A stretch of 62,580 nucleotides of DNA, counting the filler. It is 11 parts of 11 records of this genome, joined end to end, with 100 filler letters (N's around TTAATTAATTAA, not from the genome) between each part and the next. Parts side by side here need not be neighbours in the genome. Positions count along the whole stretch, not along the records: positions 1 to 6,013 come from SRR7504441_5274; positions 6,114 to 10,080 come from SRR7504441_5277; positions 10,181 to 14,457 come from SRR7504441_5286; 8 more parts are not named here. One strand, 5' to 3'. Numbering within the stretch: position 1 is the first letter of the stretch; each line of letters starts with the position of its first letter. A model generated the notes under the pieces. That model made no database searches and had not been told where the DNA came from. It saw only the letters and a program-made list of their open reading frames with translations. Made by a program: the position numbers and the translations under genes. Positions 1 to 10,273 of this stretch are shown piece by piece.

Positions 1-55
1 CGTACTCGTACTCGTACTCGTACTCGTACGTACGTAAGTACTCGTACGAGTCGCA
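1..55. repeat. (CGTACT)n hexamer tandem repeat decaying into GTAC/TACG palindromes
   Basis: cgtact x4 then cgtacgtacgtaagtactcgtacgagt; lies about 75 nt downstream of a minus-strand stop codon. Confidence 0.9.
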
Positions 56-129
56 GTACAGTACCATTTTTGCAGCGTCAATTCAGTCATATACATGTAA
101 TCACAAATCAAATTCACTCTACAGGCAGA

Positions 130-821
130 TCAAACGTTGAGGAACTTGCCCGTCTCTGGGTCCATCTCCACCCCGCCCGGCAGCATGACCGGATCCGGGA
201 TCGGCTCTTCACCACGCGCAATCCGCGCCTTGTTCTCCTTGATACGCTGCTCCTTCATGTACTTCTTGGCCTTGGGGTGGACCTGCCCGATAAACGGCTC
301 GGTCTGCTCGGCCTTGGGCGGCTGGATGTCCGGATCCTTGAAGTCGTACTGGGTGAACTTTCTGCAGTCGAGGCAAAAGTTCTCGGTCTCCACAAACCAC
401 TTGTTCCGGCAAACAGTCATCTTGCACTGAATCCGCACCGTGTGCTCGCTCCCACACGACAGACAGGTCGGCAGGATCTGCGCCCCACCGGTCAGCCGCG
501 GCCCAGCTGTGGGCGCACGTCGCACTGCTTCTTGTTGCCGCCGTCCGGTGAGCTCCAGTAGTCGTCCTGGTCTTTGAAGGTGATGTACCGTTGCTTGAGT
601 TCGAGCTTGAACGGCCGGTTGTTGTCCACCATCTCCATCCTGCCCCCCAGCCTCGCAAACAGCCCAGCCGGCCGCGCTTACGACTGCATGAACATGGCGC
701 AGGCCTTGTCACACTTGCCCGGGTTGGGGTACTGATCGTTGGGGATCTGAATGTACGGCCGGTCGTGCACGCGCGACGAGCTCAGCAGCGGGATCTCCGG
801 CTTGTCTGGGAAGTTGTCCAT
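130..821 (-). CDS. Hypothetical protein with a CxxC...CxxC zinc-ribbon-like region; 2 mini-introns
   Basis: ATG at 821 (MDNFPDKPEI). GT-AG introns near 640-680 and 478-518 join the ORF pieces to CLSC...CLDC; TGA stop at 130. Confidence 0.7.
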
Positions 822-956
822 TGTGGTCCGCCGGGCGCCATCCGACCTGGGAGCCTTTACGACCGGCATACTTGGCTCCTCCCCCTAGCCGCGAGCTGGT
901 GATTAACCCTTTCTGCCTTCCAACGGAATCCAAGCTGGTAGGTGTCGGGAGTGCGG

Positions 957-2703
957 ATGGAGGCGGTGGTCATCGACCTCACGCTGTCATCCGACGACGA
1001 GCCGAGCCCGCCGCCGGCCAAGCGGATCCGGGTCGACCCGCCGCCGATCGAGAAGCCCGAGTGCGGCTGCGGCGAGCGGCCACTGGACGCGATCTGCTAC
1101 TTCGACTGCTGCAACCACAGCAGCTGCAGGGCGTGCCTGGCCCGGGCGGTGGATGCCGCGATCGGGACGGGGGCCGAGCCGCGCTGCCCCGGGTGCCAGG
1201 CCGCGCTGGGGCAGCACGAGCTGCAGCAGCTGGACGACCCGGCCCGGCTGGAGCGACTGGAGCGGGCCCAGCTGCAGGCGGCGCTACCGACGGACATGCT
1301 CGAGTGCCCCAAGTGCGCGGCCAGGTGGGAGGCCTCCACCGAGCGGCCCGAGCCGCCCAAGGCGTTTGACGGGTGCGCGCTCAATCCGGAGGCGGCGGCC
1401 CACTTTGCAGCGCACCGGTTCCGTTGCCCGGCGTGCAAAGTCGACTTCTGCCGCGAGTGCAAGGCCAGCCCGTACCACCTGGGCAAGACGTGCGCCGCCG
1501 CGTCGGCCAAGAGCTGCCGTTTCTGTGGGGATCCGGCCACGGCATGGCACGGCGCGGGAGATCTGTGCGGCGCAAAGGAGTGAGGCAGCGGCGTGGGCAG
1601 GGCTCTGAACGATGCCAGGTGCAAACTGAAGGCGCAGCAGTGCTGCCTGCGGGTGCTCGCGTGCGGGCATCCATGCGGGGGGGTCAAGGGCGAGGCCAAC
1701 TGCCTGCCGTGCCTACAGTGCAGCGGGGGGCGCCACCGGCAGTTCTCGGATGATTTTTGCAACATCTGCTTCGTGGAAGCGCTGGGCGCGGCCCCGGCGG
1801 TGGAGCTCGGGTGCGGGCACATCTTCCACAGAGACTGCCTGCTCAAGCGGCTGAAGGCAACTGCCTAGCCAGCCGCTGGCTTAGCGGGGGCAGGCCGGGT
1901 TCACGGGGCTTCGAATCGCTTTCGGTGCAGCTGTGGGAGGGTTGGGTATAAACTTACTGGGTGGCAGGCTTTATGTGCTGCACGCTGTGTGCGCAGCCGG
2001 TGAAGCACCCGGCGCTTACCAAAGGTCCGGGTTCGGGCCACGGCTAGGGGCGAGCCGGCGGGCCAGCGCTGCAGCCGTGGCAAAAGCTCGAGGCCAAAGT
2101 AACGTCCGCGGCGCTAGCCAGGCTCAAAGCCGACTCAGAGAGAGAAAGGAAAGCGTTGCCGGCTGAGCCTGAGGCGGAGGCCCTCCGGCGATATTGTTAC
2201 TTCCAATGCCACAAGTGCAAGGAGCCATACTTTGGGGGAGGGGCCCAGTGCAACGCACAGAACGTGGCGGAGCAAGACAGAGAGAAGCTGGTTGGCCGAG
2301 CTGGGCAAGGGCTCCGGCTGAGCGCCGGGCGCAGGTGTGCACAGGGTGCAGTGCTAGGATGCTGGGGAAGCCTGCGGCGAGCTGCCAGGTGCATGGGACT
2401 GAGTACATTGAGTTCAAGTGCCGCTGGTGCTGCTCGGTCCCTGCCCAGGCCGGGGCTAGCTGACCGGCGGCCAGACTGCGGCGTTCTTCTGTTTCGGCAC
2501 CACGCATTTCTGCGACAGATGCCACAAGGTGGCGGATCGTTGGCTGTCGGGTAAGCGGTGCGCAGGAGTGGGACAAGAAGCCAGGGTGTGTGAAGGTCAA
2601 GCCGTGTACGTGCGGGCTGCAGCATCCGCCCAATGGAAAGGATATCAAGTCCGAGCATTGCTTTGGCTGCTCTTTGTGTCGTTCGGCCGCCGCCGCGACC
2701 TAG
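957..2703 (+). CDS. E3 ubiquitin ligase: N-terminal SIM, RING and IBR-like zinc fingers, and a MYCBP2/Highwire-type RING plus tandem-cysteine (RCR) module; 7 mini-introns
   Basis: Spliced product contains DDFCNICFVEALGAAPAVELGCGHIFH, RYCYFQCHKCKEPYFGGGAQC, CQVHGTEYIEFKCRWCCS, AAFFCFGTTHFCDRCH and HPPNG..FGCSLCR, all hallmark motifs of the MYCBP2 C-terminus. Confidence 0.85.
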
Positions 2704-2832
2704 CCGAAACCTAACTAACCTATAACTAACCGACACCTAACTGGTCGAAACACTCGCTAAACGCTCGCTGCTATTCTTCAGACAGTCGGGTTTGAAGTTT
2801 TTAGACGTTGTTTTAATGAATTTACATGCAAA

Positions 2833-3846
2833 TCAATCAGACGAGTCTGACCGCTTCCGCTTCTTTGCCTTCTTCTTCTTCTTTGGCTTCTTCACCTTTT
2901 TGTCCTTTCTACTCTGCTTTGGTCGCATTCGGTCCTCACCAACACCTGGTGCCCTTCCCGCCGCCTTTTCCCCATCCGGCGCCGCGCGGCCGCCCGCGCT
3001 AAGCACCACCGTGCCCTGTTCAACCCGCACCGCCTCAGCCGCCAGGAATCGCTCGCACTCGTCCAGCCGATCGAATCCCAACCGCTCAGCCAGTACGGCC
3101 AGCGGAATGCTCGGCCGGAACGCCGCGCATATGCTCCCGAGCGCCCGCCGCCGGACCGCTGGGAGCATCCGGCTGATGAGCGCGGCGCTCACCTCGAAGC
3201 TTGCGGCCTGCCTCCGGAGCTTGAAGAACAGGTGCCAGTTGTTGGTGTTGACTGCGGAGGTCACGTTCAGCGCGAGTTTGACCGCCGGGTGCCCGATCAT
3301 CGAGAGCCCCCCGCGGCTGATCCTCTGGACACACTCGGTCAGGTCCGGCTTGCTGTTGACAGACAGCTGCCAGAGCAGCTCATACGACGCAAACTCCTGC
3401 CGGTGGCCGAGCCCGGGCAGCTTGCCGAACAGGTGCTTGAGTACGGACTGGCACTGGTTGTACTCGGCCGCGTCGTCCTGGTGTATGGCCAGCCGGGCGT
3501 TGGTCTCGTACACGTCGATCGCCAGCTCGTCCTCCACCCGCTGCACCACCAAGTCCTGGCGGATCGCCTTGAGCTGGTTGGCGCACCACGAGTACTCGGC
3601 ACCGTCGGCCCACCGCCGGAGCACGTGCTTGAGGCTGCGCCGTAGGACGGGCGGGGGGCGGACGGTGGTCGGGTCCGGGTCGGCGGTGAGCCGGAGGTAC
3701 TGCTTCTCCAGCTGGCTGCTGGTGCCGAGCACCTCCCGGGACTGGCCGATGGACCGGCGGATGGGCTGCAGGTGCTGCGGCTGCACTCCGCCGTAGAATC
3801 GCATCGCCCGCTCGGCCCGCCGCCGCTCCTCCTCCTCGCCCTCCAT
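2833..3846 (-). CDS. SAC3/GANP/THP3 (LENG8-like) PCI-domain protein, intronless
   Basis: GTSSQLEKQYLRLTADPDPTTVRPP, NQLKAIRQDLVVQ, VYETNARLAI, EYNQCQSVL; Lys-rich C-terminal tail. Likely ATG at 3846 (MEGEEE). Confidence 0.88.
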   Translation of the reverse strand: MEGEEEERRRAERAMRFYGGVQPQHLQPIRRSIGQSREVLGTSSQLEKQYLRLTADPDPTTVRPPPVLRRSLKHVLRRWADGAEYSWCANQLKAIRQDLVVQRVEDELAIDVYETNARLAIHQDDAAEYNQCQSVLKHLFGKLPGLGHRQEFASYELLWQLSVNSKPDLTECVQRISRGGLSMIGHPAVKLALNVTSAVNTNNWHLFFKLRRQAASFEVSAALISRMLPAVRRRALGSICAAFRPSIPLAVLAERLGFDRLDECERFLAAEAVRVEQGTVVLSAGGRAAPDGEKAAGRAPGVGEDRMRPKQSRKDKKVKKPKKKKKAKKRKRSDSSD

Positions 3847-4050
3847 CCGCCAAAGAAAAACCGTGTTGTGTTGTCTCTGAATGCTCCTCCAAGCAAAAAC
3901 ACACCGGCCTCGAAGCTTGTGCGCGGCGGTGCATAAAACTTGGACCTGATGCTCATTATCTTGCGTATGGCGCCAGAATTTGCTCGCGAGCAGGCGACAC
4001 CGGACAGAACCGAGAAAAAGGGGGAGGACGAGCGACGAGGAGGGCAAAAA

Positions 4051-4125
4051 TGGGGGGACAGCCGGGAATCGAACCCAGGACCTCTCGCACCCGAAGCGAG
4101 AATCATACCACTAGACCACTATCCT
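4051..4125 (-). tRNA. trnP-CGG: tRNA-Pro (anticodon CGG)
   Basis: Minus strand reads AGGATAG TG GTCTAGTGGTATGATT CTCGC TTCGGGT GCGAG AGGTC CTGGG TTCGATT CCCGG CTGTCCC C CCA, followed by a TTTTT Pol III terminator. Confidence 0.95.
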
Positions 4126-4223
4126 CCGCTCGCTTCTACGCCACGCGCAATTGCTGATATTATACCCGTCGCTGACTCGCTGTTCGAGCACCCCGGCAAT
4201 CTGAGGCCGCTGTTCTCGAGACC

Positions 4224-5268
4224 ATGGTGAGACGGGTCTGGCCGCCGCGGGGGAGGGGCTTGGGTCGTTGGGTCGGACCGGACGCATGCCTGATCGCTGT
4301 GCGCTAGAGGCCGCGAGCGGCCGGTCGGGCTTGCTCATGCGCTTCAGTCCCGGTCCAAGGGGCTTCGGGTGGCTCGGCTCGCGTGGGGCTGGCGTGCCGA
4401 TACGACCCGGTTGGCGTGTGGAACCGGGTTGCGGCTCGGGGCATCTGGTTCGATCACCTCGATTCCCGGCCGCCCTGGCTTAGCCGTCCGGTAGCCTCCA
4501 CCGATTAGCGCCATGTGCACGTGTACGAGCCACTGAGGGCGGACGCGCGGGCCTGACGGCGGGACAGGGCTGTGGAAATTCGGCCGAAAAGGATGTCTCG
4601 AACGAGGCTCGGAAGGAGGCTGCATTCGAGGCTCCGGCCAGTTGGACCAACCCAAAGCTGAACACCGAGTACGCCATTAGCCTGCCGGCTGCCCGTAGTG
4701 AGCCCGGACCTGTCTGTTCAGAGCGTACTACACTCCCGCGGAACATGCGGCCAAGATGAAAGAAGTGTTCGTAGCGCTTGATCGCGACGGCGACGGGTTT
4801 GTTGATTGCGCTGAGGCCATGGCCTTATTGGGCGAGAAACACCGCGCCGAAGGTCTTATTCGAGACTTGGATACAAATTCGGTGCACTCACTGGCCCGCT
4901 AGGCACGCTCATTCTCGTGTTGCCGCAGGATGGAAAGCTCGATGTGGCCGAATATTGCAAGTTCTACCTGACTCAGATGGACTCCGAAGAAGGAGAAGGA
5001 GCGACAAAGAAGAAGATCGATAGAATGCTAAAGGAAGCTCTCGAACTGATTTCGCATCACTATGCCGAGCGCTGATTCTAAGATTTCTCACTGCGGCTTG
5101 TGGAAGGACCCCAAGCACGCTGGCTGGGAGTTTCAGTGCTCATTGGACCGAGCCACACTGGTCAACAACGAGGAGGTTGCTATCAACTACAAGCTGATGT
5201 CGCTATTAAAGACCGGAAGTAAATCCGTGGCGTGTAAGCTTAGATCTAACGTTAATTATTATACGTAA
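4224..5268 (+). CDS. EF-hand calcium-binding protein with predicted N-terminal dual acylation (MGCGNS); 3' end uncertain (TGA at 5075 or spliced on to TAA at 5268)
   Basis: ATG|GTGAG at 4224 splices to CAG|GGC TGT GGA AAT TCG at 4568; EF loops DRDGDGFVD and DTNSDGKLD. Confidence 0.65.
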
Positions 5269-5317
5269 GCTTATTCGTACACGTGCGTCGCATTTAATAT
5301 TTCAATAGCTACTCGTA

Positions 5318-6013
5318 CTATTGGCCAATGCACGTCGCATCGCTATACTCACCGCCTTGAAGTGAGTAATCAACAGCCCGCACTTTGTAGCATCCCAATG
5401 CCGCAACAGAAACATCCTGTGCATGAAGAAATGACGTGAAGATGGTGTCCGGTCCGGTATTCACCCGCTCCCAGTTCGATTGACGGGTTCTGCTCCAGAG
5501 CACCTCCCAAGTTTTCAGGCAGCGCTGCGGGATGTCCCGCCACGTGACAAGCACCGAGCCTCGAGTGGTGGTCAAGTGAAGGCCTAGGCCCGTCGGCTTT
5601 TCGGGTGAACTGGGCAGCTTGTTTCGGTCAAGGCGGCAAATGTGCACTAGTGCCACCGCCGGCTGCGGCAGGGACAATGTCAGTACTCGATCGGCTGGGA
5701 CTGGGACAGTGCGTGCAGGCAGCTCCATCCGCTGCCGCAGGACTGCAAACTGCTCTGGTGTAGGATATGGATTGGCTGCACCACCCATTTGTTCCCACGC
5801 AGCCCTCGGGTCGCCCTCACCTGCACTCATCGAATAGATACGTGCGACCACCGCTGTGGCGGGCAGAGACGAGATATCTACCCGGACAGTGGCGTTGCAA
5901 AGGCGATGATGCGGGGAGCATTCTGACGCGTCTGCAGTGCCATTTGAATTGTAGAGAAGGATAGCGTGCTCTTGAGGCTCTGCGGTTGATGTTGGTCGAA
6001 GAGAGGTGGCGAT
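5318..6013 (-). CDS. IDUA: Alpha-L-iduronidase-like (GH39) C-terminal part, truncated by contig end
   Basis: AWEQMG..PYPTPEQFAVLR, LSLPQPAVALVHIC, RCLKTWEVLWS, YKVRAVDY match the IDUA beta-sandwich and FN3-like domains. Confidence 0.75.
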   Translation of the reverse strand: MATSLRPTSTAEPQEHAILLYNSNGTADASECSPHHRLCNATVRVDISSLPATAVVARIYSMSAGEGDPRAAWEQMGGAANPYPTPEQFAVLRQRMELPARTVPVPADRVLTLSLPQPAVALVHICRLDRNKLPSSPEKPTGLGLHLTTTRGSVLVTWRDIPQRCLKTWEVLWSRTRQSNWERVNTGPDTIFTSFLHAQDVSVAALGCYKVRAVDYSLQGGEYSDATCIGQ

Positions 6014-6113
6014 NNNNNNNNNNNNNNNNNNNNNNNNNNNNNNNNNNNNNNNNNNNNTTAATTAATTAANNNNNNNNNNNNNNNNNNNNNNNNNNNNNNN
6101 NNNNNNNNNNNNN
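6014..6113. other. Artificial contig spacer; identical spacers at 10081-10180, 14458-14557, 24878-24977, 28478-28577, 33323-33422, 37239-37338, 45202-45301, 52608-52707 and 57157-57256
   Basis: 44 N + TTAATTAATTAA (stops in all frames) + 44 N, ten times. Confidence 0.99.
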
Positions 6114-6170
6114 TATAGTATAGTATAGTCTGCTCGCTCGGGGTCGGAGCAGGTGCTTTCGGTTACTTAG

Positions 6171-9100
6171 ATGAAACCTGCTCACGGGGGAACAGGTGGA
6201 ACGCTGGCTTGGTTGGTTTACCACCTGAACCGAACCGATATCGAAAACGTGTTCGATCAGCAGCTCTCCAGAGGCCAGACTGCCTGGCCGCTCCTGTACA
6301 CGGTATGCTTCCTCGGGCTGTGCATTCTGGCCGGGTTCCAGCTGATCATGTTCGCCCACCTGCTCTGCCCGCGCCTCTTCTGGGTGGAGCCGTGCTCCGG
6401 CGAGCTCCAGGGCTGCTACTCCATCGCCTACACCCGCGAGCTCCTCACTCAGACACCGCCAGCTCCTTCGGCCCCGCGCTGCACCGCCCGCTCGTTCGAC
6501 TGGGTCGATATAGAGTGGCACTCGCCCCCGGCTCTCCAGCATCTAGTGGTCTCGTACACCGTGCTGGCTCAGACCGGGAAGCACTCCGCGCCGTTCAGGC
6601 CGGTGGTGCCCGATGTTAGAGAGAAGCTCTCGGCTGGCTGCTGTGCGAGCGAGTCTATGGAGCACAAGCACAAGTTTAAGCAGCTAGGGCGCGTCAGTGT
6701 GGACAAATTGGACTGCAGCCGTGGCAGTCTGCCGGGACTCCTTGCCTCTGCACCGACAGTTGAGCGATTCGGTACAATCTGATTTTAAGCAGCCCCGGTG
6801 TGACTGTATGGGCAGGCTGCAGAGTGAGCGGGCTGGCGCCAGAGACTCGTTACAGGTTCCAGGTGGTGGCCACCACTGCGACGCCGGAGCTGCCTGGCTG
6901 GAGGGCGCTCTTTGGGGAGCGGGCGCACTTCTTCTGGGGAGGGGGGCGGGGCAGCCAGCCTAGTGAGCCCTCTGAGTTTTGCATGACATTAGAGAAGCCC
7001 AAGCTGCACTGGTCGAATATGTTGCGGTGCGACTGGCCGGATTCGGAGGAGTGTGCTGAGCCGATCGAACCGGCGGGTGCGAGTGGCGACGGGAACTGGG
7101 TTAGGCTTCTAGAGATGCCCAGCGCCGAAGAATGGTGCCAACTGATGAGCGCGCCCAAGGCTCACGGGGGGTATGGTTACACGCCCGAGCAGACCTTCAA
7201 GGCGCTTAAGCGGGAGCTCCAGCGGAATGAGTGCGCCGAGGCGGAGCTGTTGCCGGATAGAGTGGACTATCGAGAACTCGGGGACTACTTGTGCGATTTC
7301 TTTTTGCCCTCGTCAAAGAGCAAGAATCCTTTCCGTCGGATGAGGCTCCGATACTTTGTGCAGTGAGCTCACTATATAACTACCAGTAGTAGTAGTAGTA
7401 GTAGTAGTGCAGTGTGCAGTGTGCAGTAGGCTGTTGGCGTGCTGAGTGGATGGGCTGCAGTCTGTTCCCGCCCAAGCTTTGTGGGTCGATGCTGCTAGGA
7501 GTGATGCTGCTCGTCGTGCTGGTAGGCCTATCCATCAACTCGACCGAGTACACCCTGGAGCAAATAGACCACAGGACGCGGAATGCCTCGCGTGTGCTTG
7601 AAATAGAGCAGGCAGCACGACAAGCATTCGTCACCACGACCACTTTTCTCAGCGACACTGCTACTTTGCTCAACGACACTGTTATCAACAGAGCGAATGC
7701 ATCCGTTCAAGGCGGGCCTGCAGCGCTGGACGCGGCTGAAAGGGTGGATGATGTGCTCTCGCGCGCACTGTCGCGAACCAGCTCGACGGGCAAAGGGTCG
7801 GGTGCGCTGAGCGACCTGCGCACCGACTTCCAAGAGGCGATCGCCAATCTGACGGAAATCAGATCTTATATCAATGAGACCTTAAACAGCTCGATTGAGG
7901 ACGGCAGGTCCAGGGTCGCTGCCGCTCTGGCTCTCTACGAGTCTGGAGAGCTCTGTACAGCCCACGATTCTGGAGAGCTCTGTACAGCGGAAGAAATGTA
8001 CGCCGAAATCCGGCAGTTTATTGTGGAAATTTACGATTTCTGGAGAGGTCTGTACAGCCCTGTTGAGATTGGCTCGACGGTTGGGATTTCTTTCGCGGTG
8101 TTGTGTGCCGTCGGTATGATGCCGTCCATCTTTCTGGCCTACAGGAAGAGAGTGTTCAACTTGAGGATCGGCAAACCCGAGTTTTACGTCGATCTGAATC
8201 TCTACGAGGGCTACCATGTGACGTGCTTTTACGGTGCTTACATGTCTTTCTACTTACTTGGCTACATCGCAGTCTGGGGTCTGGTTGGATTGATCGCGTT
8301 TAGTCTTGCGTGGGAGGAGACCTGGAACGGCTTTTGGGCACCGTGCGTGCCCGCATATTCGCCCTGACTGAGCGGTGTGTGCGGCTCAGGTTGATCAAGT
8401 GGTTTGCGTGGTGGCTGATCAGTTACATGATTGACGCGCTCTGGCTTAGGACTCAGCTGTTGAATACGATTTGTACCGACGGGGAGTATCACTTTTGGCT
8501 GAAAACACCCAACCTTTACTTCTTGGTAGACACAGCCTTGTCGTGTTACTATGTGAGTGCCATCAGGACCGCAAGGCGCGAATGGCTTGGGGGGGTAGGT
8601 CCCTCAACAGCTAGCCGCAGCGTTCTATCGGCTGATCTATCTGGTTCTTATTGCGCTCATGAGCGCCTATCGTATGGACGTGAGCGCGCCACCGAACGAT
8701 TGGCTGAGTTTGTTGTTACAGATCGACATGTTCCCGCGGGGTGGGGAGACTTACGATACCGGGTTCACTTGTTTCACAGCGATGCTGCTCATGTGACTTG
8801 CGGTCCTGGTCACAGCTTTTGACATTGCTGCAGGTATGAGCGGCAGCGAAATCCTGTCATTCTGGGGTTCTTTGAGTGCTTGAACTTGCCCGAGACCAGA
8901 CCGCCGCGTGTCAGCAGGCGGGCTGTGATCCGCTGGCACCTGGCCCTGCTCTTGTTGAAGAACCCATCTCTTCGGCGGTATCGTCGTCGCAACATGGAGT
9001 GGATGGCCTTATCGCCCTTATCCCAGTCCAGCCGAGAATTATTGACTTCTAGTGAACAGTTCAAGAAGGCAGATAGCATGAGTGATGGCGTGGTCGTCTA

Positions 9101-9290
9101 CAATGGGAAGACAGACGCACTGTCTCCGCCTCCAGCGGTTGATTTCTCACCGTCGCGACGTCTGCAGTTTTCAGAGATGATGGAGTTTGGCGATGAGCTC
9201 AAAGATTCTTCATACGGACCTTATGCAAGAGGCAGATACGGTGCTCCTCGCGATGAACGCGAAGCTCCTATGGAAGCAATTGGGTTGTGA
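6171..9290 (+). CDS. Multi-pass membrane protein with fibronectin type III domain(s) and a STRA6-like (RBP receptor family) C-terminus; multi-exon, 5' end possibly missing
   Basis: FN3 motifs PSAPRCTARSFDWVDIEW and VSGLAPETRYRFQVVA; several hydrophobic helices; ERQRNPVILGFFECL and RAVIRWHLALLLLKNPSLRRYR resemble the STRA6 C-terminal signature. Confidence 0.6.
7383..7428. repeat. (TAG)n microsatellite followed by (GCAGTGT)n, probably intronic
   Basis: cagtagtagtagtagtagtagtagtgcagtgtgcagtgtgcagtag. Confidence 0.85.
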
Positions 9291-9448
9291 TTGAATAGAT
9301 TCAATAAACCCGCCATGGTTTAGTACAATCATATATTCATACATTCATAATACATTCATACATTATCAAGCACTGTTAAGCACTGGACATCATGTTAAGC
9401 ACTGGACATCATCAAAATTCGTTTAATTATTAATGCAGTCAGTGCCTC

Positions 9449-10080
9449 CTAGTTTTGTATGAATGCGTCCAGTGTTTCAGGAATAGACGGTTCCACAAAC
9501 CTCAAGGCACTCAGCAAACCCCTCTTGAAACTACTAATTGCCCCATAAGCTGCATCAGGCGATTTCGGTTGCTTCCAGTGCATCAGCTCACGGTCCAGAT
9601 TGTCCCCACGCACTGAGACTTCTAATTTGCGATCTCGTCTGGATGATGCCTTGTCTCGCGCGACAGTACTTTCTACCTGCTTGCTGAGTCGCAGACAGCT
9701 TTCGAGCTGCTTGCTGAGCTGCGCTGTTTGCGCCTCAGCATCATCACCTGTTTGCTCAGTGCTCCAGCGCCCACGTGGAACTTCTTGTTGCTGCATCGAC
9801 TTGAGCTTCCGCTCCAAGGTGTGCTGCACTCGCTTAGCGTCACCAGCCTCTTCCCTCAGCTGGGAAATCGTCCTCTCCAGTTTTAAGACGCGAGGTTGCA
9901 ACCTGTCTTTTTCTTGAACAAGCTGAGTTTCCATCAATTTGGACGCAACTGCTCTACGCTCCGCGTTTGCATCCCGAAGGGCCTCTTTTGCTGCGCGCAA
10001 CTGCTCCTCGAGTTCTCTGCGCCGCATGGCTTCTCTGGTTGAGACCTCGTCTTGTGTCATGGCTGTGGCAATGCTTGATG
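9449..10080 (-). CDS. Coiled-coil protein, C-terminal fragment
   Basis: E/Q/K/R-rich heptad ORF running into the contig end. Confidence 0.6.
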
Positions 10081-10180
10081 NNNNNNNNNNNNNNNNNNNN
10101 NNNNNNNNNNNNNNNNNNNNNNNNTTAATTAATTAANNNNNNNNNNNNNNNNNNNNNNNNNNNNNNNNNNNNNNNNNNNN

Positions 10181-10273
10181 ATGTTCAATGGCATGTCGAT
10201 GAATCAAGGCAATCAAGCAAATCAGCCCAAACCAAAATCCAATAGTGACAATCTCATGGACTTTTTGAACTAG
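10181..10273 (+). CDS. C-terminal tail of a truncated gene (..NSDNLMDFLN*)
   Basis: Open frame from the contig start to TAG at 10271-10273; N/Q-rich. Confidence 0.35.
   Translation: MFNGMSMNQGNQANQPKPKSNSDNLMDFLN

Noticed and set aside
1-55. (CGTACT)n as a telomere
   Set aside because: Short, degenerate, lacks the G-rich/C-rich strand asymmetry, and the same motif occurs at internal intergenic sites
1581-1868. In-frame stops and frame changes within conserved genes as stop-codon reassignment, selenocysteine or pseudogenes
   Set aside because: They fall inside removable introns of about 40 nt; TAA, TAG and TGA all terminate genes normally
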